Positions 19,019-30,162 of a stretch of 64,000 nucleotides of DNA are shown one piece after another. Position 1 is the stretch's first letter, and the number at the start of each line of letters is the position of its first letter. The stretch spans positions 3,088-67,087 of the IMG/VR virus record IMGVR_UViG_3300027704_000021. One strand, given 5' to 3'. The notes under the pieces are model-generated. The model was not told the DNA's origin and searched no databases. It saw nothing but the letters and a program-made list of their open reading frames with translations. The position numbers and the translations under genes are program-made. The DNA comes from a virus.

Positions 19019-22000
19019 ATGGCAGAATTTAACATTGAAAGAATTAGGTTTAGATGGAAAAACATCTGGGCTATTTCTACTCCGTACATAAAAGATGATA
19101 TTGTTATCTATCAAGGTAAATCATTTGTTTGTTTGATTGGACATACTTCATCAGGTGAAGTTAGTGGCGGATTTTATACAGACCTAGAACATGCATCACC
19201 TAAATGGGAATTGCAACTTGATGGATTTGTTTGGCGCGGAGATTGGGTTAACCAAACTTATTACAGCCTCGGCGAAATGGTTAAATGGGAAGGATATGTT
19301 TATAGATGTATCACTGCCCACACGTCAAATGTTGTTACATCACAAGGTGTGCATACAGATTACTCAAAATGGACTATTGTTGCATCTGGCGACAAATGGC
19401 AAAATGCATGGCAACAAAACTTTTATTACGACCTAGGTGACGTAGCTACATATAACGGTATAACATATCGTTGTATTGCAAAACATAATTCAGCATCCAC
19501 GTTTGCACTTGGACTAGAAGACGATCAGGCATCATGGGAAATAGTAACACGTTCTGACAATTGGAGAACAGATTGGACTGTAAGCACAAGATATGTTCTC
19601 GAAGATGTTGTAAAGTATAACGGTACTGTTTATCGCTGTACAACATATCACGAATCAGCAGCAACTCTTGCACTTGGGCTAGAAGCAGATCAATCTAAGT
19701 GGGAACAAGTAATTGATGGTATTGAATACAGATCGACTTGGGCTGCAGGTATTAGATATATAAAAAATGACTTAGTTAAATACGGCGAAACAGTATGGAA
19801 ATGTACTGCTGGTCACACTTCTGAAGCATTGTTTAGAACCGATCAAGCATCATCATATTGGACAGCATGGCTTCCGGGGTTTGGCTATGAATTAGTTTGG
19901 TCCGAAGCTATAGAATATCAAAGAGGCGATATTGTACTCTACGGCGGCTATGTGTACACTTGTTTAGAAAACAATTTAAATAGTGTTCCTAGTGTAAATG
20001 GAATTGTACAAAATACAGGTAACTGGGAACTATTAAAACAAGGTTATAAACACCAAGGTTATTACGCACACGCTTCGTCATACAAAACTGGTGATGTAGT
20101 TAGATTGGGCGGATATCTTTATATTTGTATAACTGACTCTTCAGGTTACTATCCAGATACTTCAAATAGATGGCAAATATTAGTTCCAGGACACCAATGG
20201 AAAAGTGACTGGGTTGACAATATAGAATACTTTATTGGTGATATCGTAACGTATGACTCCACTGCTTATTACTGCATATTCCATCATGTTGGAACTGAAT
20301 CAGACAACCGCCCAGACTTAGATCTAGCTAACGAGAATGAAAACTATTGGCAAGTAATGCTTCAAGGTGTTGCTGGTAACGTAACAACCACTGATGGTGA
20401 TATTCGTGTAAGAGACTCTAGTCAAACTGAACGACTAGCAATAGGAACTCCAGGTAGCGTACTTAAAAATATTGGTGGTGACACGATATGGCAAGACTTT
20501 GGCCAAGCCGCAAAGGTGTATTTTGTTAGTCCAGGTGGATCCGATGTTGAAAGTGCTGGAACAACATCTAATGGTCCGTTCCGAACAATAAAATATGCAT
20601 GCGATTATATTCGAGCTGATCAAGATATTAGAACACCTGCAACAGTTTTTATTACGTCAGGAACTTATAACGAAATTCTTCCAATACAAATTCCTAGAAA
20701 TACGGCATTAGTAGGCGATGAATTACGAAGTGTTACAGTACAGCCTGCTGCATCATACGAAGCAAATAATATGTTTTATGTTAGAAACGGATGCGGCATC
20801 CGAAATATGACGCTCAAGGGGTTAGTTGGAACGTTAGGTACTGACAACGCATACGGAACTAAACGCCCGACATCAGGAGCGTTTGTAAGTTTAGATCCAG
20901 GCACAGGCGTAGGTGATACTAGCGTACATATTACAACTAAGTCTCCATATATACAAAATGTATCAACATTTGGTGAGAGTTGTATAGGTATGAAAATTGA
21001 CGGTGCATTACATAATTCAGGAAACAAATCAATTGTTGCTAATGACTTCACACAAATTATAAGTAACGGCATTGGCATTTGGGCATCAAACAACGGTAGA
21101 TCAGAACTTGTTAGTGTATTCACTTACTACTGTCATATTGGGTACTTGTCAGACGCAGGTGGCAAACTTAGAGCTACTAACGGAAACAACTCCTACGGAT
21201 TGTACGGATCTGTCGCTGAAGGATTTGATACAGCTGAAACAGTAATAACTGGAAAGATAACTAACAGAGCTGACCAAGCAACAGCAAACGCTCTTACTGA
21301 CGATGTAAATAAAATTTTAGCATTAGAATATGCTAACGCAGGTACAACTTATACTCCGGGCAGTTCAGCTGTAACATTCTCAGGACAAGGTACAGGTGCA
21401 GCAGCAACATACCAAGAAACTAGAGATGATGGAATTTACGAAGTTAGATTAATGGATCCAGGTGATTCAAGTCTCGCTGGCGGCAACAACTATCAGTACA
21501 AACTTAACTATGCACAGGCCGGAAACGCAACTTATATTCAGTTAGCAGCTGCTGACACTGATGGAACTAATGCAAAGTATTCAGGACTAAGGATTTATAT
21601 TAAATCAGGAGACGGAGTTGGGCAATACGGATATATTTCTAGTTATAACCCTGTTTCAAAAATAGCACAAGTTAGTAGAGATTCTGATGATGCTCAGGGA
21701 TGGGATCACGTTAAGCCAGGTTGGCCTATAGTAGACCAAATAACAACTTCATCACAATACAGTTTAGAGCCAAGAGTAACAGCTAGTGATCATACATATG
21801 TAGCTACATCAGCAACTGCTCCGAGCAATACTAATTGGTCGCATGTAGTTTGGTTTCCAGCAGGCAACTGTTGGGTTACATTTACTGAAGGGACTACAGT
21901 ATACTCATCGCACTCAACAGATGGCTTAACATGGAGTGCACCGGTAACTAGATTAGCTAACCACACTGTTACAAAAGTAATATCAGATACTAACGGAAGT

Positions 22001-23842
22001 AGAGTACTTATTTGTACAACCAACGGTGTGTATGGATTTAATACAGCAAACATATCTAATACTAATGTATGTGGATCAATTAATGCACCCTTTAATACTG
22101 TTGATGTTAAAGGCGCAGCGATTAAAGAAGCCACAAAAATTCTTATATACGCTTCAGGTACACATCAACTTTCACGTACTGCTAATTTAAATACAATATC
22201 TACTGCTTCTGTTACAGGTGCTTCAGCTGGTGCAACACATGTGTATAAAAAAGTTGCATATGGAGCAGGAATTGGAAGTGCTACTGACGGATGCTTTGTT
22301 GCTATCAACGAAGGTACATCAGGCGGTACAGCAGTTAGTACTACACTTGGAGCAACATTTTACCAGTTCAATGCTGCTGGTCCACAAGGATTACCAGTAG
22401 GATATACTGATATAGTATTTGGTAATGGTAGATTTGTTGCAATAGATCCAGGCGATGGCAGTTCATTAACAAAAACAGCAATTAGTTTTGATGGACACAA
22501 ATGGTACGAGCATAGTATACCCGGTACAACTGATTATTTAAAAATAGAGTACGGTGGTGGAACATTTATGGCCACTGGTACTGGCACACAAATTGCAAAG
22601 TCGCAAGACGGAGTTGTGTGGAGAATTACAAGTAATGACAGTACAGACTTTCTTGCTACAGAAACTGCTAATTGGTCTGCACAAGCGTATAGTCCTGCAT
22701 TACAAAAATGGAGTGTAGTTGCAAGTAATAATGCAAACTTCAATACTGTTTCAGGTTGGGGAGCTACTCCAGTAATTAGAGCAATAGTAGCTTCTGATAG
22801 AATTCTTGAGTTTAAGATATATGAGCCAGGAAGCCAGTATGTATCAACTCCGACTATTTCAGTATATGATTCTCAAGCAACTGTAAATTCAACACAAATT
22901 GCAAGAATTGGAGACGGGGTACTTGGGCAACCAGTATTCAGTAATAACGGAGTAAGTTATATAACTGCATCAGCAACTATTGCTGGAGACGGATATGCTG
23001 ACTCTTATCACCTTGGCACAACCATTAAACTTGCTGATGTAAGTTTAGTACCTGGACCAGGAGACAACTTAGTTATTAATGGTATTAACGATGTTAACTA
23101 CAAAGTTTCTAGTATTGTTGCACAATCAGGATCAGCACCAAACTTTGCCATAACAATGACTATTACTCCAAGTCTTGGCAGAGCAGAGACACCAGAACAT
23201 GATGAAACAATTGTTGTTAGACAGCAATATAGTCAAGTAAGATTAACAGGACATGACTTCTTAGATATTGGATCTGGTAATAAACCAGACACTGACTATC
23301 CTGGAAGATATGTTGAAGGATACAGTTCGCTTAATGATCCTAAGCAAGAAAATGAAGTTAGAGAAGCAAACGCAGGCAGGGTATTTTATACTTCTACAGA
23401 CCAAGATGGTAACTTTAGAGTTGGCGAACAATTTAAAGTAGAACAAGATACAGGTATTATTACGCTAAACGCTTCTTACTTTGAATTAACAGGATTGAGT
23501 CAATTAGCTATTGGCGGCATTGTTGTTGGCGGCACACAAGTAATAATCACAGAGTTCTCAAAAGAACCAACATTTATTGCTAACTCTAATAATGTTGTTC
23601 CAACACAAAAAGCAATTGCAGCGTATCTTAATTCAAGAGTGTCAGGTGGTTCTAGTAATGCTAATGCAACAAAACTAGTTGCTGGTGTAATAGCAGTTGA
23701 CACTAACACTATTACAACAACGTCCGGCGGTCCAATTACTTTTACTGCTAGACAACACTTTCACAAGCCAGTAAAAGGTGATATGGCTGCAATGCAGATG
23801 TTTGCTTCAGGCGGTGACAGCGGAAATGCAAGGACTAATTAA
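19019..23842 (+). CDS. Giant fibre/baseplate appendage protein A (1607 aa) with N-terminal CBM5/12-like Trp/Tyr repeats
   Basis: About nine W...Y..(G)D.V.Y.G..Y.C...H repeats, VGDELRS beta-helix-like region, SxDGxxW Asp-box motifs. Confidence 0.7.
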   Translation: MAEFNIERIRFRWKNIWAISTPYIKDDIVIYQGKSFVCLIGHTSSGEVSGGFYTDLEHASPKWELQLDGFVWRGDWVNQTYYSLGEMVKWEGYVYRCITAHTSNVVTSQGVHTDYSKWTIVASGDKWQNAWQQNFYYDLGDVATYNGITYRCIAKHNSASTFALGLEDDQASWEIVTRSDNWRTDWTVSTRYVLEDVVKYNGTVYRCTTYHESAATLALGLEADQSKWEQVIDGIEYRSTWAAGIRYIKNDLVKYGETVWKCTAGHTSEALFRTDQASSYWTAWLPGFGYELVWSEAIEYQRGDIVLYGGYVYTCLENNLNSVPSVNGIVQNTGNWELLKQGYKHQGYYAHASSYKTGDVVRLGGYLYICITDSSGYYPDTSNRWQILVPGHQWKSDWVDNIEYFIGDIVTYDSTAYYCIFHHVGTESDNRPDLDLANENENYWQVMLQGVAGNVTTTDGDIRVRDSSQTERLAIGTPGSVLKNIGGDTIWQDFGQAAKVYFVSPGGSDVESAGTTSNGPFRTIKYACDYIRADQDIRTPATVFITSGTYNEILPIQIPRNTALVGDELRSVTVQPAASYEANNMFYVRNGCGIRNMTLKGLVGTLGTDNAYGTKRPTSGAFVSLDPGTGVGDTSVHITTKSPYIQNVSTFGESCIGMKIDGALHNSGNKSIVANDFTQIISNGIGIWASNNGRSELVSVFTYYCHIGYLSDAGGKLRATNGNNSYGLYGSVAEGFDTAETVITGKITNRADQATANALTDDVNKILALEYANAGTTYTPGSSAVTFSGQGTGAAATYQETRDDGIYEVRLMDPGDSSLAGGNNYQYKLNYAQAGNATYIQLAAADTDGTNAKYSGLRIYIKSGDGVGQYGYISSYNPVSKIAQVSRDSDDAQGWDHVKPGWPIVDQITTSSQYSLEPRVTASDHTYVATSATAPSNTNWSHVVWFPAGNCWVTFTEGTTVYSSHSTDGLTWSAPVTRLANHTVTKVISDTNGSRVLICTTNGVYGFNTANISNTNVCGSINAPFNTVDVKGAAIKEATKILIYASGTHQLSRTANLNTISTASVTGASAGATHVYKKVAYGAGIGSATDGCFVAINEGTSGGTAVSTTLGATFYQFNAAGPQGLPVGYTDIVFGNGRFVAIDPGDGSSLTKTAISFDGHKWYEHSIPGTTDYLKIEYGGGTFMATGTGTQIAKSQDGVVWRITSNDSTDFLATETANWSAQAYSPALQKWSVVASNNANFNTVSGWGATPVIRAIVASDRILEFKIYEPGSQYVSTPTISVYDSQATVNSTQIARIGDGVLGQPVFSNNGVSYITASATIAGDGYADSYHLGTTIKLADVSLVPGPGDNLVINGINDVNYKVSSIVAQSGSAPNFAITMTITPSLGRAETPEHDETIVVRQQYSQVRLTGHDFLDIGSGNKPDTDYPGRYVEGYSSLNDPKQENEVREANAGRVFYTSTDQDGNFRVGEQFKVEQDTGIITLNASYFELTGLSQLAIGGIVVGGTQVIITEFSKEPTFIANSNNVVPTQKAIAAYLNSRVSGGSSNANATKLVAGVIAVDTNTITTTSGGPITFTARQHFHKPVKGDMAAMQMFASGGDSGNARTN

Positions 23843-23878
23843 TAATGATAAATATATATAAGGTTTATGGAGTGCTAA

Positions 23879-26800
23879 ATGGCTGAGTTTAAATTAGGCA
23901 GAATTAGGTTTATATGGAAGGGAACATGGACAACTTCCACTACCTATTATAAAGATGACATCGTTAGAAATGGCGGTAATACATACATATGTATTAAAGG
24001 ACATAGTGCATTGGCACTATTTTCAACCAACCAGTCAACTTATTGGAATAAGATTTCCGATGGTACTGAATGGAAATCAAACTGGACATTAAATACTCTT
24101 TATAAAATTAATGACATTGTTAAGTATGGCAGTTTGTTATATGTTGCAAATACTGAACATCTAAGTGCAGGCAGTGCTGCAGATGGTCTTGAACTTGACC
24201 AAAGCAAGTGGGACTTATATGCAGAAGGCTTTGATTATAAAGCCGACTGGACTGTTAACACACGTTACAAAATTAACGACACTGCTAAGTACGGCGGAAC
24301 TGTATATACTTGTATTACTGGACATACGTCAGCAGCAAATTTAGCACTTGGACTAGAAGCAGATCAATCAAAGTGGAATATTTTCTCCGAAGGTTTCTAC
24401 TGGAGAATGGATTGGTCACAATCAATAAGATATCGTGTAAACGATCTTGTAAGATATGGCGGCCAAATATATGTTTGTAATCAAGGCCATACTTCTGCAC
24501 TTCTTGCAAATGGTCTAGAAAATGACCAAAGCAAGTGGGACTACTTACACAAAGGTATTGAATATAAGAACGAATGGGCATCAGTTACACGATATAAAAT
24601 TAATGATATTGTTAAGTATGGTGGCGGCACCTGGATTTGTACAACGTACCACACTAGCCAAGCTACGTTTGTAGCAGATGAAAGTAAATGGGCACAGTTT
24701 GTAGAAGGTTTAGAATTTGAAGATACATGGAGCGGAACAGCTACATATCAACCAGGTGACTTTGTTACATACGGCGGCTATTCTTACGTATCTAAAACTA
24801 ATAACATAGGCAACGGTCAGCCATCAACTAACACAACAGATTGGTCTTTATTTACAACTGGATTTAGACATGCCCAAGATTGGGGCGACGATAGTGCAGC
24901 AGAAGAATATGCAGTTGGTGATGTAGTAAGACTTGGTGGATTTACATACCTATGTATATTAGATCACACTGGTCAACGTCCACCAAATGTTACATATTGG
25001 GAACTACTTAACGAAGGTTTTAAGTGGAAAAATACTTGGCTTGACGCAACACTTTATGACAAAGGCGATTCAATTAGACATGGCGTAAACAGCTATGTTT
25101 GTATACTTGCACACACATCGGCTGTGGCATCTAATAGACCAGATCTTGATAGCGGTACATATTGGAATTTGTTAACTGCTGGTGCAGAATCAGGCAACTT
25201 AACAACACAGGGCGACTTAGTTTACTATAGTGGCTCAGGTCCAACAAGACTACCAATCGGCGAAGTAGGGCAAGTACTAAAAGTAAATTCAGCAGGAAAT
25301 GCTCCTGAATGGGGATTCTTTGGATCGCTTGCAAATGTGTACTATGTACAAAATACAGTTGGACAAGACAGTCCTGCAGGCGCATACGGACTTACATTAG
25401 ATAGACCTTGGAAATCATTGCAGTATGCAACACAGCAAGTGTTAAATGGTGCAGAAAGACCAAATGCTGGATGGCTACTTAAAAGAAATAGAAACTTTAT
25501 TGCAGAAGAAATTCTACAATGGGTTACATGGAATATTGCAAATCCATCAGGTATATGGGCAAGTTTTACTTTAGATAGTGCAGCATCGTGTCGTAGAGAT
25601 ATGGGACAAATTGTTGATGCAATAGTCTATGATTTAACACATGGTGGAAACCAACGTACAAGAGCAGCAGCAAATTCGTACTTTGACGCCAGCGGTAACT
25701 TACTCACAGTAGTAGCTGACGAAAAACTTCAAACAATAGCTGCAATTAATTACGGACTAACAGTTATAGATAGAGTGTTAAGTAACTTAGCACCAGCTAC
25801 AAACTATCAAACAACAAACAGTTTTTCTCCAGCACATCCGCAGATAATTAATGCAACTTATCTTGAAGAAACTGATGCACAATCGCAAACAAATCTGCTA
25901 ATAGGAATTATCACAGATGCAATTAGTGCAGAAGTAAACACTAACGTACCAAAAGCACATATTCCAAATAACACAATTTATGTTAAGAGTGGAACACTTG
26001 TTGAACATACACCAATCCTTGTTCCAGCTTATACTGCAATTGTTGGTGACGAACTACGTTCAACTAAAATTACACCAGCAGGCGTAGTAACAGGAGCAGC
26101 TGATGTTCCAAAGAGTATAGCGGCTATTGCAAGATTACAAGCTATTATGTCCTCTATTGTTACTAACGCTAGTGTAACAAAGTCATCAGGTAACTCAGCA
26201 AGTCAAGTAACTACGCGAGTTGCAGGTAGTGCTGGAGCAGGTACAGCAGCAACAAACTTGCTCCAAGAATTGCAAGACTATATTGACTATCGTGTTAACG
26301 GTGTTGCAGGCGACTCTACAGTTCCAACTACTAGAGGAACAAATACTCCTGTCACTGCAACTGGTTTTGTTTTTGCAACAGAATGTATTGAAGCAAACAG
26401 AGCTTTCTTAGTTGCTGAAGTGCATGCATTTATTGCTGTAACTTACCCAAGTTACACATATACTATTGCAGCTTGTACAAGAGATGTTAATAGATACTTA
26501 GACGCTATCATTTATGATATAATATACACAGGCAACTGTAGAACTTTAAGTGCAGCAAAACTTTATGCTAATTCCGTAAGCGGTTGTTTAACTGAAGACA
26601 TGTTCTACATGCGTAATGGAACAGGATTAAGAAACTGTACACTAAGCGGATTAACAGGATCATTAGGTAGTGCAAACTCATACGGGACTAAACGTCCGAG
26701 TGCAGGAGCATTTGTAAGTTTAGATCCAGGATATGGCCCAGCTGATTCAGATGCATGGATTGCTACAAGATCACCTTATGTACAAAACGTAACAACATTT

Positions 26801-28666
26801 GGAACTGCATGTATTGGTCTAAAAATAGACGGAGATATACATGACGGAGGCAACGACTCAATTGTTGCTAACGACTTTACACAGATTCTCGATAATGGTA
26901 TTGGCATATGGGTTACTAACTTAGGCAGAGCAGAGCTTGTAAGTGTGTTCTCATACTACGGCCACATTGGTTATCTAGCAGAGAACGGCGGCAAAATCCG
27001 TGCTACAAATGGTAACAGCTCATACGGTGACTTTGGTGCTGTAGCAGAAGGTGTTGACACTTCAGAAGTTCCAGTAACTGGTACAGTAGATAATAGATCA
27101 ACAGAAGCTAACATTGTAAACGTATTAACAGATAAAAATAAAATATTATTATTTGAATACTCAAATGCTGGTTTAAATTATGCAAATGCCGATACAACAA
27201 TTAGTACTTCCGGTGGTGAGAATAATGCAGTAATTAGTGCAGAAAATGTTTATAACGGTGGTGTATACGAAGTAAGACTACTAGATCCGGCTACTAACTT
27301 AGGTGGTGCAGGATACGTTACATCAACGAACACTGCACAACTTGGTACAGCAACACAAATTACAATTAGTAATACTGATGCAAGTTTAAGTGCAACATAC
27401 ACAGGAATGGCTATTTGGATTGTTAGCGGCACTGGTGCAGGACAATATGCTTATATTAATGCTTATACAGCAGGAACTAAAATAGCTACTGTTCTTAAAA
27501 ACAGTGACGGTAGTGCAGGTTGGGACTCATGTTACGGTGCAGCTATTGTTGCGGCACTTGATGCTACAACAGAATACGTAATTGAACCAAGAGTTGTGTT
27601 TAGTGGCGGTGGCGTAAGTGCATATGCAGATATTGCAAAGGCACGTGCTAAAGTAGCAGATGGAAAAATTGTAGGATTTAGAATTTGGCATCCTGGCACA
27701 GGATATAGCTCACTACCAACAATAACAATTACAGATCCAAACAATACAGTTGACGTACCGCACTTAGTTAGAACTGGTAACGGGGTACTTGGGCAACCAA
27801 CATGGTCTAATAGAGGAACATCATATACAACAGCAACAGCTACAGTAGTGTCAGCAGTTGGTTACGCAGACTTCTATCAACCAGGCGGTTATATTAAAAT
27901 GACTGGTTTGACAGAACAGCCAGTACCAGGTGCAAACGTAGAAATTGCTGGCATACCAAATACATGGTATAAGCTAGTTGGAGTTACTGGAGTTACAGGT
28001 AGTGCAGGAAACTACTCGGCACTATTGCAAATTAGTCCAGCAGTAAGTGTTACTGATGCGCCGGAACAAGACGAAGGTGTAATTATAAGAAGAAGATACA
28101 GTCAAGTACGATTAACAGGACATGACTTCTTAGATGTAGGCACCGGCGGATTTACTACTACTAACTATCCAGGAGTACCTAGTGTAGTAGCTGATCAACT
28201 AGACGAAACTAAAGACTTTGGAGGAGGTAGAGTATTTTATACTTCTACAGACCAAGATGGTAACTTTAGAGTTGGCGAGTTGTTTAGTATTGAACAGTCG
28301 ACTGGTAGAGCAACACTAAATGCTGATGCATTTAACGTAAGTGGTCTACAAGAATTACAACTTGGTGAGTTATCATTAGGTGGTACTAGTGCTACTGTTA
28401 CTGAATTTTCAACTGATGGAACGTTTACAGCCAACAGTGATAATATTGTCCCAACACAGCGAGCTATTAAAACTTATATAGCAAGTCAAATTGGTGGCGG
28501 TGCAGGTGAACTAAATGTAAACTCAATAACAGCGGGGCAAGTGCATATAACTGGATCAACTATATCACATACTACTGACGCTGAGATAAATATAACAACA
28601 CAAGTAAACTATACAGGTGGAGTCAGCGGGTCGCCGGTTGCACTAAATATGTTTATACAAGCTTAA
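23879..28666 (+). CDS. Giant fibre/baseplate appendage protein B (1595 aa), paralog of A
   Basis: Shared GAFVSLDPG, SIVANDFTQI, YSQVRLTGHDFLD and GRVFYTSTDQDGNFRVGE blocks and the same N-terminal repeats. Confidence 0.7.
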   Translation: MAEFKLGRIRFIWKGTWTTSTTYYKDDIVRNGGNTYICIKGHSALALFSTNQSTYWNKISDGTEWKSNWTLNTLYKINDIVKYGSLLYVANTEHLSAGSAADGLELDQSKWDLYAEGFDYKADWTVNTRYKINDTAKYGGTVYTCITGHTSAANLALGLEADQSKWNIFSEGFYWRMDWSQSIRYRVNDLVRYGGQIYVCNQGHTSALLANGLENDQSKWDYLHKGIEYKNEWASVTRYKINDIVKYGGGTWICTTYHTSQATFVADESKWAQFVEGLEFEDTWSGTATYQPGDFVTYGGYSYVSKTNNIGNGQPSTNTTDWSLFTTGFRHAQDWGDDSAAEEYAVGDVVRLGGFTYLCILDHTGQRPPNVTYWELLNEGFKWKNTWLDATLYDKGDSIRHGVNSYVCILAHTSAVASNRPDLDSGTYWNLLTAGAESGNLTTQGDLVYYSGSGPTRLPIGEVGQVLKVNSAGNAPEWGFFGSLANVYYVQNTVGQDSPAGAYGLTLDRPWKSLQYATQQVLNGAERPNAGWLLKRNRNFIAEEILQWVTWNIANPSGIWASFTLDSAASCRRDMGQIVDAIVYDLTHGGNQRTRAAANSYFDASGNLLTVVADEKLQTIAAINYGLTVIDRVLSNLAPATNYQTTNSFSPAHPQIINATYLEETDAQSQTNLLIGIITDAISAEVNTNVPKAHIPNNTIYVKSGTLVEHTPILVPAYTAIVGDELRSTKITPAGVVTGAADVPKSIAAIARLQAIMSSIVTNASVTKSSGNSASQVTTRVAGSAGAGTAATNLLQELQDYIDYRVNGVAGDSTVPTTRGTNTPVTATGFVFATECIEANRAFLVAEVHAFIAVTYPSYTYTIAACTRDVNRYLDAIIYDIIYTGNCRTLSAAKLYANSVSGCLTEDMFYMRNGTGLRNCTLSGLTGSLGSANSYGTKRPSAGAFVSLDPGYGPADSDAWIATRSPYVQNVTTFGTACIGLKIDGDIHDGGNDSIVANDFTQILDNGIGIWVTNLGRAELVSVFSYYGHIGYLAENGGKIRATNGNSSYGDFGAVAEGVDTSEVPVTGTVDNRSTEANIVNVLTDKNKILLFEYSNAGLNYANADTTISTSGGENNAVISAENVYNGGVYEVRLLDPATNLGGAGYVTSTNTAQLGTATQITISNTDASLSATYTGMAIWIVSGTGAGQYAYINAYTAGTKIATVLKNSDGSAGWDSCYGAAIVAALDATTEYVIEPRVVFSGGGVSAYADIAKARAKVADGKIVGFRIWHPGTGYSSLPTITITDPNNTVDVPHLVRTGNGVLGQPTWSNRGTSYTTATATVVSAVGYADFYQPGGYIKMTGLTEQPVPGANVEIAGIPNTWYKLVGVTGVTGSAGNYSALLQISPAVSVTDAPEQDEGVIIRRRYSQVRLTGHDFLDVGTGGFTTTNYPGVPSVVADQLDETKDFGGGRVFYTSTDQDGNFRVGELFSIEQSTGRATLNADAFNVSGLQELQLGELSLGGTSATVTEFSTDGTFTANSDNIVPTQRAIKTYIASQIGGGAGELNVNSITAGQVHITGSTISHTTDAEINITTQVNYTGGVSGSPVALNMFIQA

Positions 28667-28680
28667 TGGAGAAATAACAA

Positions 28681-28998
28681 ATGGCCACAGGAAGAATAGG
28701 AACAGCGGATTTAAGTGCCGCAACTAATACTACTATTTACACTTGCCCGAGCAATCACTACACTGTTGCTAGTGTGTCGATGACAAATAGGGGCAATGTG
28801 CCTGTTTTGGTCAGATTAGCAGTTTGTGACACTAGTACACCGGGTTTGGATGAATACTTAGAGTACGATGTTGAATTACTACCAAAAAACGTGTTAGAAC
28901 GTACTGGTATTATCTTAGGCGCATCACAGCTAATTGTAGCATATGCAAGCACAACAGGCATTAGTGTCGTTGCGTTTGGTATTGAGACAACGGCATAA
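28681..28998 (+). CDS. Small beta-rich virion adaptor protein (paralog 3)
   Basis: TTIYTCP..SMTNRG..LERTGIILGA..SVVAFGIE. Confidence 0.6.
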   Translation: MATGRIGTADLSAATNTTIYTCPSNHYTVASVSMTNRGNVPVLVRLAVCDTSTPGLDEYLEYDVELLPKNVLERTGIILGASQLIVAYASTTGISVVAFGIETTA

Positions 28999-29018
28999 AT
29001 ATATAAAAGGACAATACA

Positions 29019-29339
29019 ATGGGAAGATATTTAACAAGCACACTAAACTACGCAACAACTAACGTTGTTACTGGTACTAGCGTAACAGCCAAAGCAAATG
29101 ATAGAATTTTATGCACAGCAGGAAGTATTACAATTACGCTTCCAGCAAGTCCAGCAGAAAATGACACAATACAAATATGTGACATTAGTGGGACAGCAGG
29201 TTCTGCAAATATTACAGTAGCTAGGAATGGTGAAGAGATTCAAAACTCTGCAACTAACTTAACTATTGATATCAACAATGCTGCACCGGTACTAGTTTAT
29301 TCCGGTTCAACATACGGTTGGATTCTAGCTGGCGCATAA
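29019..29339 (+). CDS. Small fibre-junction protein resembling the T4 gp34 N-terminal repeat
   Basis: ITITLPASPAENDTI..NITVARNG..I..LTID..LVYSGSTYGW. Confidence 0.6.
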   Translation: MGRYLTSTLNYATTNVVTGTSVTAKANDRILCTAGSITITLPASPAENDTIQICDISGTAGSANITVARNGEEIQNSATNLTIDINNAAPVLVYSGSTYGWILAGA

Positions 29340-29351
29340 GGAGAATTTGAG

Positions 29352-30143
29352 ATGTCAACATTAACAGGACTACTATCTGACTTAGCACCGGCCCTTGTCG
29401 GGAACGTGCCTACTAGATTAAAAATATACCATACGTCGATGAATGATCCTGCTAATGGAGGGTGTTGTTGTTTATGGACTGTTCCGGCAGGAATAACATC
29501 AATAGTATTTGAATTATACGGTGGCGGAGCAAGTGGAAATGACGGTTGTTGTTGCTCATTCTCAGCAGTCGAGGGTACCAGCGGTAGTTGGGCATATAAA
29601 AGAATAGACACTGTGGCAGGTTGCCAATACAGGATTTGTGCAGGTAGCTCAACATCATGTGCATATAATGTTAGTAATGTAGGGTGTACAGGTTGTTCAA
29701 GTTACGTATATGATGTAACAGCAGCTGCTGTTATTGCATGTGCCTGTGGCGGAGATGCTGGAACACAACAGCCAGGATTTACAAGCCCATACGGCAATTA
29801 TACCTGTTGTTTTGGAAGAATTCAAGGTACATCATCAAGTGCTAGCCACGGGTTAGGTGACATAACAATAGGCGGAATGGGCGGCACAGGTATGCGAAAT
29901 ACTTATTGTCATACTAATTATTATTATTGGCAGTCCGGCGGATTTAGACAGCCAGGAAAACGTAACGAAGATTTATGTTCATGTTGGCATCAAGAAGGTC
30001 GACATGTTATGTGTACTAGCGGAGATCCTTTTACAGGACAAAGTTTCCCAGGCGGACCTGGAACATCAGCAATTGCATGTGGTGGCGTCCATTACAACGG
30101 ACAACCTGGATCAGGCGGACAAGTCGTTGTTTTATATAATTAA
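29352..30143 (+). CDS. Cys/Gly-rich fibre tip protein 1
   Basis: NGGCCCLWTVPAG..FELYGGGASG..GCCC; C-terminal GSGGQVVVLY; about 20 Cys. Confidence 0.7.
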   Translation: MSTLTGLLSDLAPALVGNVPTRLKIYHTSMNDPANGGCCCLWTVPAGITSIVFELYGGGASGNDGCCCSFSAVEGTSGSWAYKRIDTVAGCQYRICAGSSTSCAYNVSNVGCTGCSSYVYDVTAAAVIACACGGDAGTQQPGFTSPYGNYTCCFGRIQGTSSSASHGLGDITIGGMGGTGMRNTYCHTNYYYWQSGGFRQPGKRNEDLCSCWHQEGRHVMCTSGDPFTGQSFPGGPGTSAIACGGVHYNGQPGSGGQVVVLYN

Positions 30144-30162
30144 TTTAAGCGAGGAAAGATAA

